A stretch of 64,000 bases of DNA from an uncultured Methanoregulaceae archaeon (GTDB lineage Archaea; Halobacteriota; Methanomicrobia; Methanomicrobiales; Methanospirillaceae). The position numbers and the translations under genes were made by a program. Within the stretch, counting starts at the first letter, position 1, and every line of letters starts with the position of its first letter. Location of the stretch: contig OY969564.1 of assembly GCA_963701095.1 (NCBI GenBank), forward strand, positions 1,152,001 to 1,216,000, given 5' to 3'. Positions 52,775 through 60,830 of the stretch are shown here, piece after piece. Below the pieces are notes generated by a model. That model was not told the DNA's origin and did not search any database. It saw nothing but the letters and a program-made list of their open reading frames with translations.

Positions 52775-53596
52775 TCACCGTACAACTGCCGAAGCGTGCG
52801 CATCGAATGGATTTGTTCGCATGGCAAGGGAGAACAGGTACGGATAGTGCGTCTTTAGGTGACGCATATATGTAAGCCAATCCGTAATCAAGAGGCCATA
52901 AACCCGGTTAAGGTCACCGGACAGATGAGCATAATCAGATGCTGGCAGATCGGTAAGATTATCGCGGGCTGCCAGTTCTTCAGCAAGATGAAAAACTGCC
53001 TGGAGAAGCGGGGTGAAATCTTCGTGTTCAATTATCTGCGGATTCTCATAGAGAGAAAGAAGGAAACTTTTACGCTCCTGTAGGAATCTGTTGAGATTGG
53101 TGAGGTCAAGCGTTTTACTGTCCAGTGAAGGTTTATGCTTCTTCAAAGAGGCAAATGCACGGGAAAAATCCTCATCAGACCATTTGTCTGAAACCAACAA
53201 CGCAGTTCGTACCTGGTCAACGGTAGGATCATTCCTGGAAAAGACCCTGAGTAAATTGGTTCCTACTTCAGAAAAAAAGACCCCGATAATCATATTGAGA
53301 TTTCTGAGCCTTATTGCCCGTTCACGATTTTCAATCATCAAATCAAGGGTAGTGGCAGCAAGACCTACGAAACAGCCGACACCGACAAGAATTATAACGA
53401 TTGTGAGCAGTTTTCCTGCTTCCGTCACCGGATGGATATCCCCATAACCCACCGTTGAAATGGTCACAACGACAAAATAGAACGCATCAAGCGGGGTGCG
53501 GTTTTCAAACACCATCATTCCCAGGATTCCCACGAGAATCACGACAATGAGAATGGAGATGTAAACTCGCAACCGCACGTAAATTGAATTTGTCAC
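52775..53596 (-). CDS. 2-TM potassium channel with helical C-terminal domain
   Basis: TISTVGYGD selectivity filter. Confidence 0.9.
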   Translation of the reverse strand: MTNSIYVRLRVYISILIVVILVGILGMMVFENRTPLDAFYFVVVTISTVGYGDIHPVTEAGKLLTIVIILVGVGCFVGLAATTLDLMIENRERAIRLRNLNMIIGVFFSEVGTNLLRVFSRNDPTVDQVRTALLVSDKWSDEDFSRAFASLKKHKPSLDSKTLDLTNLNRFLQERKSFLLSLYENPQIIEHEDFTPLLQAVFHLAEELAARDNLTDLPASDYAHLSGDLNRVYGLLITDWLTYMRHLKTHYPYLFSLAMRTNPFDAHASAVVR

Positions 53597-53652
53597 AATC
53601 CGAAATACGAGCGCTCGATATAAAAATGAATTCCTCTTTTAAGAGAGCGCAA

Positions 53653-53725
53653 TACCCCCGACCAGATTCGAACTGGTGTCGCCGGATCCAAAGTCCTGCA
53701 TGATTGACCGCTACACTACGGGGGT
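53653..53725 (-). tRNA. tRNA-Gln(TTG)
   Basis: A1-U72 acceptor stem ACCCCCG/CGGGGGT; CT-TTG-GA anticodon loop; GTTCGAATC T-loop. Confidence 0.93.
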
Positions 53726-54170
53726 TCATGGCATTTATCTCACTATCCAATAGTTACATGGAGTGGTGAGTGTGCCCTGTTATATCGTTTTCCAAACTCA
53801 AAAAAGCATTGATAATTATAACTTGGAAATGAAAAGCCAAGATTCCAGAAACAAAGGAATCATTGGTAATGTTTAGAGAGACAATTGGGATCCGTGTGAT
53901 ATTCAATCTCATTTTGAATAAATGGAAAATTTTGGAAATAAAAATTTATCATACGACGTATATATACCCCACAATTTTGGAAAAAATGGAAAATTCCGGA
54001 TTTTTCTAGTACAAAAAAGTGATTTTAGGACTTTCCAAAAACACGAAAAACATATATTTTCTTTTGTGGTTTTCGATCCCGATATCGAAAGATCCCTGCT
54101 AACGCGTCCAGATTATCCAAGAAAAGGTCAAATATTCGGCAAATGGAAGAGTAAAATGAAGGAAATTAGT

Positions 54171-54198
54171 ATATAGCATAATACGGTTTATAGAAGTT
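54171..54198. other. dif-like site A (downstream of xerA)
   Basis: ATATAGCATAA-TACGGT-TTATAGAAGTT, 11-6-11 arrangement with ATAA-N6-TTAT core. Confidence 0.4.
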
Positions 54199-54368
54199 TT
54201 CAACATTTCTTATAGATAAACGAAAAATCCACAATTTGAGACTAAAATCAAGAAAAAGGAGAAATTTAAGGATTTTTAAAAATTCTATAAATCGAAACGG
54301 TTTTAATTAGATATCCAAAAAGGTGGTTTTGGACCAAAAAAAACTACAAGGTGAATTTTTTATAATAT

Positions 54369-55289
54369 TCACGAATTGTCATTATCACTGGAAAGAGGGA
54401 AAAACTGCTGGTATACCTGGCGCCGTTCATCGATGTCAGTATGGAGATAAATTTCCGTTGTCTTTATGGAGGTATGACCCAAGTTCTCCTGGACCACACG
54501 GAGGTTCTTTGATCTCTTATACAATTCACTTGCATAACTGTGGCGGATTTTATGAGGGGTGATACCGGGAGGAGCATAATGCTTGAAAATGTGCTGAATC
54601 GCCCTCGGCGAGATATGCTTACCCTGCTGGCCGATAAACAAAGGACCTTCTATCTGGTTTCCTATAAAAGTCCGGATTCCGGCAAGGGTATCATCATCGA
54701 CGAAAACAATCCGCATCTTGTCACCTTTTCCCCGGATACGGATAGTATGTTCATCAAAATCGATATCCTCGACATTCATATTACAAAGCTCAGATACCCG
54801 CACTCCAGTGGAATAAATGGTTCTTACAATGAGTTTATCTCGAGGATCCTCAATCGAATCTATGAGACGGAGAACCTGACTATGTTTAAGATATCGTATC
54901 TCCTGCTGCTTGATACGGGGACGTTCAATGCCACTCAGGGGGTTTGCCAATACAGCTCCCTGGGTAGACAGGAAGCGGTAAAATGAGCTCAGAGTCGAGA
55001 TAATACGGTGAAACGTTTTGGGTTTGTAGGTCTTCATAGTCGAGACAAATGAGAGAAAATCGGTTATCATTGACGGTTGTACATCCACATTTGTATCTAA
55101 CCTGGCATTCTCGAAATCCTTCCAGAAGAAAACAAGTTTGGTAACTTCAGTATGCCGGCGGAGCCAGACATAATAGCCGAAATGTTTGATCACTTGTTCA
55201 TAGCTGTCAAGTGTCCGGGAAGAATAGTTGCGCATCCGCAGGTAATTTCGGTAACTTTTCAGCCAATCCGAAAAATACCCGCTATCCAT
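54369..55289 (-). CDS. xerA: Tyrosine recombinase XerA (archaeal XerC/D-like)
   Basis: SAM-like N-domain; catalytic R (GVRVSEL), K (GKGDK), HxxR (HKIRH), LGH and Y (TTEIY). Confidence 0.85.
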   Translation of the reverse strand: MDSGYFSDWLKSYRNYLRMRNYSSRTLDSYEQVIKHFGYYVWLRRHTEVTKLVFFWKDFENARLDTNVDVQPSMITDFLSFVSTMKTYKPKTFHRIISTLSSFYRFLSTQGAVLANPLSGIERPRIKQQEIRYLKHSQVLRLIDSIEDPRDKLIVRTIYSTGVRVSELCNMNVEDIDFDEHTIRIRGKGDKMRIVFVDDDTLAGIRTFIGNQIEGPLFIGQQGKHISPRAIQHIFKHYAPPGITPHKIRHSYASELYKRSKNLRVVQENLGHTSIKTTEIYLHTDIDERRQVYQQFFPLSSDNDNS

Positions 55290-55322
55290 GCTCTAATCTT
55301 ATTTATCTCAAATTAATTAAGG

Positions 55323-55350
55323 TTTGCGCAGAATATATATTAGACATAAA
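55323..55350. other. dif-like site B (xerA promoter region)
   Basis: TTTGCGCAGAA-TATATA-TTAGACATAAA; resembles E. coli and B. subtilis dif. Confidence 0.55.
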
Positions 55351-55464
55351 CTAAAAAGAAACCATGATTAAAGCATAGAAAGTATGGAAAAATCTCAATT
55401 TTTTTCAATGGAAATGATGGTGAAATCTCGAAATTTCACGTCTAGAATGCGATTTTACGTCTGT

Positions 55465-55492
55465 ACTTCGTAGAATACCTGTTCTGCGACAA
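55465..55492. other. dif-like site C (best candidate dif)
   Basis: ACTTCGTAGAA-TACCTG-TTCTGCGACAA; near-palindromic arms; left arm differs at 1 nt from the B. subtilis dif left arm. Confidence 0.6.
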
Positions 55493-56549
55493 ATCCGGTA
55501 TTACATCAAAATACACATCAATTATTTTTGCGTAGATCATTTACAAGTATTTTGGAAATGATCATCGATTTATTCAACTTTTGATAAAGGTAATTAACGA
55601 AATTCAGATTAATCTTTCGCCTTTTTGCCCCCAAATGGACTGAAAGTGAAATGTCAATGTCGGAAAATGGAAAATAAGATTTATCGACGGTACCAAAATA
55701 TTTCTTTAGATCCTCCCAAAAGTGGCTTTTTTTCAATCACAGTATGCTTTTCCCCATATTATACTGAGATTCGCCAACAAAACGAAGATATGAAGGCCTC
55801 CGTTAAACATAAGGATTGCCAGAAAACGATCCGTTCATTATGTCAGAGAAGGATTGGAAATTCTTTGAGAATGGTTGCAGAGATTATGTACAGAGATGGA
55901 GATCTATTCATTGAGGGGGCCCTCTTTGGATGTTGCCTCAATCTCAAAGGGATATGACCTCGTCATTACCTTATCCTAATTGCGGTGATTTGTAGTGATA
56001 TTTATCTTAATATCATCGTGCCAATTAAACTGCAATAAAAAAGCATTAACCATTTTTTACTATCTTTTGGCGATTGCTCGACGAGAAATGAATGTCCGCG
56101 ATCGCGGTTCTTCGCGAGATCCTGTCAGTCGCTGCAGTCTTGCCAGCGGTCACGTCTAAAAGTTTCGGAAATTTTGGAGAAGTTCCATAAGAAATCCCAC
56201 GTTAAAAATGAGATTTTCCTTATGACGAAATCTGAACTCTCATTCCCTGTGCAATATAATTAGACTAGATAAAATTGGGCCATGTTTCGAGGACAAAACA
56301 TGCCCTGAATTCCAGAGAATATCAAAGTGCAAATCCTGGCATTATGACAATTATCAAACCAGATCAAATCGATAGGTTCCTGCATATTCATCTTCTTTCT
56401 CTTTGGGGGATCGGACCACTGGACCCCAGCTGCCCGAACCAGACCCACTTCAAACCCTGCTGAAGCTGTATATCGGGATCGTTTATCACATCGAGGATGA
56501 ACTACTCGAGATTTAAAAAATGTTACTTCAGTGTGCCCCAGCTGAATAG

Positions 56550-56940
56550 AACTCTCCAGATTCGAACTATGTCAAGAATTTCGAAATAATTCGGAAATTT
56601 TTGGAAAAATTCCACAGAATATACGGTTTTGGAAATTTGTATAATTTTACTTGCAAATAAAGATTTTCAATATTCGAGTCTTGGGTAAAATGGATTCTTC
56701 CAGATTTTATTACGTCTGAAAATTTTGGAAAATCTGGAAATTTTAGAGAAATTTCGAAAGAGTTACTGCTTTGGAATCAGGATAATTTTTACTTGAGCAT
56801 AAAGATTTTTGATATTCGAGCCTTAGGTAAAATGGATTCTTCCAGATTTTATTACGTCTGAAAGTTTTCGGGAAATTTAGAAATTTTAGAGAAAAGACCA
56901 CAGGAAGTTCTGCTTTAAAAAAATTTTCATATAATTTTTT
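56550..56940. repeat. Degenerate tandem repeat, ~142-144 bp unit, ~2.7 copies
   Basis: TCCAGA anchors at 56555, 56699 and 56841; GGTAAAATGGATTCTTCCAGATTTTATTACGTCTGAAA occurs twice exactly. Confidence 0.85.
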
Positions 56941-57346
56941 CTCTTTTTATGTTTATCTCAAATCCTTCTCAAGTTTTGAAGAAACTGAATCAGATATTTA
57001 AGAAAGATCACATTAATATCAAAATCTCTCATTTTGTCGTTATTTTTTAAAATAAAGTGAATGTATCTAATTTTACCAACTTTAAATTGATAGAAGACCT
57101 CATTCATATAAACCATATATTGCTATACACTAAAAGTAATAATACATATACAAAAGGGGAATTAATAGGAAGAGAAAGGTAGTTATAGAATACCCAGACT
57201 GCTCGCATAAAATTTGAAGATTTGCAGGAGAGAGATTTTAGAATGATTCAGAAAGAGGAATCTTCCTAAAGATATCATTGGGAGATTGAAGAAATTATAT
57301 AGCCAAACAAATATTAGGTTAGTAAAGGGAACCATTGGGAATAAAT

Positions 57347-57661
57347 ATGGCAGCTGACATGCAATTTCTGAATACAAAAGAGGTAGCCGAGATTCTGGGG
57401 GTCCACCAGAAAACAGTTCATAACTGGCTGAGGGCCGGAAAACTTGCAGGTACGAAAATCTCCTATCGTGCCTGGCGCATTCCACGTTCAGCATTGGAAG
57501 AATTTGTGGTAAGCAACAGTAACTTCCGTTCAAATGCCTCCGGCAGAGACATTAATAATTCTGGCACGAAGATCGACGCCATTCCTGAAGCGGGAATGAA
57601 AAATTTCATTCGGGACATAATGGGAGAAGACGGTAACGAGAAGCAAACGAATAAGAAATAA
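57347..57661 (+). CDS. Excisionase-like (HTH_17/MerR-type) DNA-binding protein
   Basis: FLNTKEVAEILGVHQKTVHNWLRAGKLAG.K...WRIP motif. Confidence 0.85.
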   Translation: MAADMQFLNTKEVAEILGVHQKTVHNWLRAGKLAGTKISYRAWRIPRSALEEFVVSNSNFRSNASGRDINNSGTKIDAIPEAGMKNFIRDIMGEDGNEKQTNKK

Positions 57662-58067
57662 AGAACTCATTGGTAATACATTTTAGATATTGATTCAATG
57701 AGAGACTAAGATTGAATATCTCCGTATTACATTATATCCATTAATCATAATAGAGAAATAAGATCAATAACCGACATTGATCCTTTTCCATTTTAATAAG
57801 GAATTATAGAGTTCCCCGGTTATTGACTTATATTTTTCAAGGATCACTTTTTCAGCAGGTCATTAAAAATCCTTTCCTAAATAATTTTAATGCCGAAAAT
57901 AAAGTGATAACATATGAATAGATCAACCGAATCGTCCTTAATTCTTTAAAAAACAACGACTATCTTTTTAATCATAAACCGTATACTGCTATATACAAAA
58001 GAGCCAGATTTGACCAGATTTGGTCTTATTCAATTATTTAGATGATAAACAAAACAGGAAGATTTTC

Positions 58068-58817
58068 ATGGATAAAAACGGCCAGAATGAAATTAACAAA
58101 TATAAAAAATTTAAAAAGGTCGATGGCGCCACTTATCGAAAAGTCAACCAATTCCTACGTAAACGCACGTATATCACAGCAAGGGAATGGGCGCTTGCAC
58201 GATTATGCACAGATTTCCGGACGTCCGGTGGTGCTGAAATGACCTTTATTGGAAAAAACCTTCCAGAACTTGTTCCTTTCATGGAGGACACATACTCCCC
58301 CCAAGCAGTAAATCAGGCTCGTAATTCGTTTAAGAAAAAGGTTCGAAAAGCAAGTGCAACTTTTTTCTATGGAGCGATGTGTGGATTTTTTACAACTGAT
58401 GAGCTTGACGACCTTCTTTTTGAAGCTAGTGAAGTGTCACGCTTTCTATTGGAAGTGGAAGGAACAACCATCGATATAGACGAAGAAATAGATATCGAGG
58501 ACCGGATCACCCGGGTAATGCGGAGCGTGGGTGAGACTGCAAAGACCATTCTTACCACAAGAACAGACAACAAGCTCACCGAGGACACAAATCCCTCCTT
58601 TCAACCAGAGAAAGAAAATAATAACCCTATTCCTCATTCAAATAACGAAATATCAGTTTTATCAGAATCGACCCGAACAGAAATGACAGATGCTAATCCC
58701 AATATTGAGGGAATCAAAACTTTTGAACCTTCAGATGAAAATGGGAAAAAAGAGACGGGCGATCAAACAGTAGATCCGGAAAAACCTCATCTGACACTCC
58801 ACAAAGAGGACATATAA
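58068..58817 (+). CDS. Conserved euryarchaeal protein (DUF5806-like) with acidic disordered tail
   Basis: VNQFLRKRTYITAREWALARLC and YSPQAVNQAR motifs; family name from recall. Confidence 0.7.
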   Translation: MDKNGQNEINKYKKFKKVDGATYRKVNQFLRKRTYITAREWALARLCTDFRTSGGAEMTFIGKNLPELVPFMEDTYSPQAVNQARNSFKKKVRKASATFFYGAMCGFFTTDELDDLLFEASEVSRFLLEVEGTTIDIDEEIDIEDRITRVMRSVGETAKTILTTRTDNKLTEDTNPSFQPEKENNNPIPHSNNEISVLSESTRTEMTDANPNIEGIKTFEPSDENGKKETGDQTVDPEKPHLTLHKEDI

Positions 58818-58820
58818 AAT

Positions 58821-59231
58821 ATGAAAATCATCCATGTGGCCGGACTTGCGAACACAGGGAAAACTACTTTTATCAAAAACCTTATTCCCTCACTTAAATC
58901 CCGAGGTCGCGTTGGCATCATAAAACATTTGAGGGATCATGACTATGTTCAGGAACCGGGAAAAGATACAACCATATTTTTCGAAAATGGTGCCGATATC
59001 TCAGCAGGGATTGATGCGGCTAAATCGGTCATCACGCTACGTACAACAGATCTCGATGAAATGCTTCTTCTTTACAAACAGGCCGGGATACAATTTGCAG
59101 TGATTGAAGGGTTCAAAATGTGCGATTTCCCAAAGATCGTAATTGGAGACTTAGTTATTGACAATTGTCTCTTGCGTAATCCAACGGTCGATCAGGTCAT
59201 TTCTCTGCTCTCTCAATTCGAAGACTATTAA
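58821..59231 (+). CDS. mobB: Molybdopterin-guanine dinucleotide biosynthesis protein B
   Basis: G.ANTGKTT, IKH, PGKDT and IEGFK motifs. Confidence 0.88.
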   Translation: MKIIHVAGLANTGKTTFIKNLIPSLKSRGRVGIIKHLRDHDYVQEPGKDTTIFFENGADISAGIDAAKSVITLRTTDLDEMLLLYKQAGIQFAVIEGFKMCDFPKIVIGDLVIDNCLLRNPTVDQVISLLSQFEDY

Positions 59232-59261
59232 AATAAAAAAACCCGATGAGTCTTAACGAAA

Positions 59262-60642
59262 ATGGCAATTAAAATGGTTCAAAAACGGTTGTTTGGGACA
59301 AACGGTGTTCGAGGGATAGCAGGAAAAGAAATGACACCGGAGCTTACCCTCAAAATAGGTAAGGCCCTTGGCACAATGAGACCAGGAAAAATTGCAGTTG
59401 GACGGGATACCCGTACCTCCGGTCCGGTTCTCATTAATGCACTCAAAGCCGGACTCCTTGCAACAGGATGTGACGTTGTTGATTGTGGGATCCTCCCGAC
59501 ACCAGCTCTTCAGTATATCGTAAAGGAACATTATGAAGGTGGAGCGATGATCACAGCGTCCCACAACCCCCCGGAGTATAATGGCGTAAAAATTATTGAA
59601 CCAGATGGAACCGAGATGGGTGACGAAGAAACTATTTGTCTCGAAGAATTGCTTTTCGATAAATCGGCACCGTTCAAACAGTGGGATGAGGTCGGAACTG
59701 AGGTGAATGCACTCCATCTGGTTGATGAATATATACATGCCATTACCAAGCAGTTTCCTGAAAAACCAGGGAAAGGCATGACTGTGGTAGTTGATCCCGG
59801 ATCTGGTCCAGCCTGCCACACAACCCCCGCGATCCTGCAGGCGCTTGGATGCAAGGTTCTCACCATCAATGGTGTGATGGACGGGACATTTCCAGGACGC
59901 ATGCCGGAACCATCTCCGGAAGGTCTCAAAGGGCTTGCGGCATTAGTGTTGGCAAATAACGCTGCTTTTGGTGTGGCTCATGACGGTGATGCTGATCGGT
60001 CTGTTTTTGTTGATGATAAAGGCTTTTTCGTGGAAGAAAACCAGGAGTTCGCCCTTTTTGTACAGCATGTCTGTCAAAACGAGAGAGGGGCCATTGTCAC
60101 ACCGGTCAGCACATCCTTTTTGATCGAAATGATAGCCAAAAAAGCGGGATGCACGGTAAGGTACACCCAGGTCGGAAGTATCTATGTTGCCCGTACCATG
60201 CGGGAGCTTATTGAAACAGGAAATAAGGTGATATTTGGTGGAGAGGGAAACGGAGGTCTTATTTTCCCGGATCACCAGTTCTGTCGCGATGGGGGAATGA
60301 CAGACTGCCACCATGGTTTCACTTCTTGCGAGGTCTAAGAGGAGTTTGTCATCCCTTATCAGCGAATTACCACAACGACGGATGATAAAAGAAAAGATCA
60401 AAACACCATATGGTTCACAACTTATTGAACAGCTTAACCAAAAATATGCACGGGAATCGCTCGATCATACAGATGGCCTCAAAATAAAAAAAGAAAGAAC
60501 ATGGGCATTAATCCGGGCTTCAGGAACAGAACCACTTGTCCGCATAATGGTTGATGCTGACGATTGTAAAACAGGTTTGGCACTGTTTGAAGAAATAGAG
60601 ACCTCGGTTTCTGAAATTCTTAAAAAAATGTCCAATAGGTAA
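59262..60642 (+). CDS. Phosphohexomutase (GlmM/PMM-PGM family); frameshift at about 60304
   Basis: LFGTNGVRG, TASHNP, HDGDADR and GGEGNG; RASGTEP in the next frame. Confidence 0.92.
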
Positions 60643-60830
60643 ATTTTTGATTTAAAATATATGTTTTTTAATTTATAAGCATTTAAATAGAGTTTGAATG
60701 TTAAGCGAACAACCATTTTTAAAAGGAGATTTCGAAATATTTTCCAATTAAATCCAAAAACAGAAACAAATTAAGATTTTTTAAAAACAAAAAAAATAAA
60801 TACTATTTGAGTTAATGAGAGTTTATTTCA

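Noticed and set aside
56260..56520. Short ORFs in a GC-richer patch inside the AT-rich tract
   Set aside because: No recognisable motif or consistent frame; possibly a decayed gene, but unsupported.
56609..56636. Fourth dif-like site (ATTCCACAGAA-TATACG-GTTTTGGAAAT)
   Set aside because: The right arm lacks the TT(A/C)T inner motif and the site falls inside the degenerate tandem repeat.
56550..56940. CRISPR array
   Set aside because: The units are ~142 bp and similar along their whole length, with no short repeat/unique spacer pattern and no cas genes.
55290..57340. Replication origin (AT-rich, TTCCA/TGGAAA words)
   Set aside because: There is no cdc6/orc1 in the window and no full ORB (TTCCAGTGGAAAC plus G-string). 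The xerA/dif context fits a terminus better, though an origin is not formally excluded.
53653..58817. Integrative element/provirus at tRNA-Gln (integrase + excisionase + low GC)
   Set aside because: The recombinase lies on the 5' side of the tRNA. I saw no duplicated tRNA end (att) and no cargo, replication or virion genes. The recombinase looks like a housekeeping XerA, and mobB and the phosphohexomutase follow directly.
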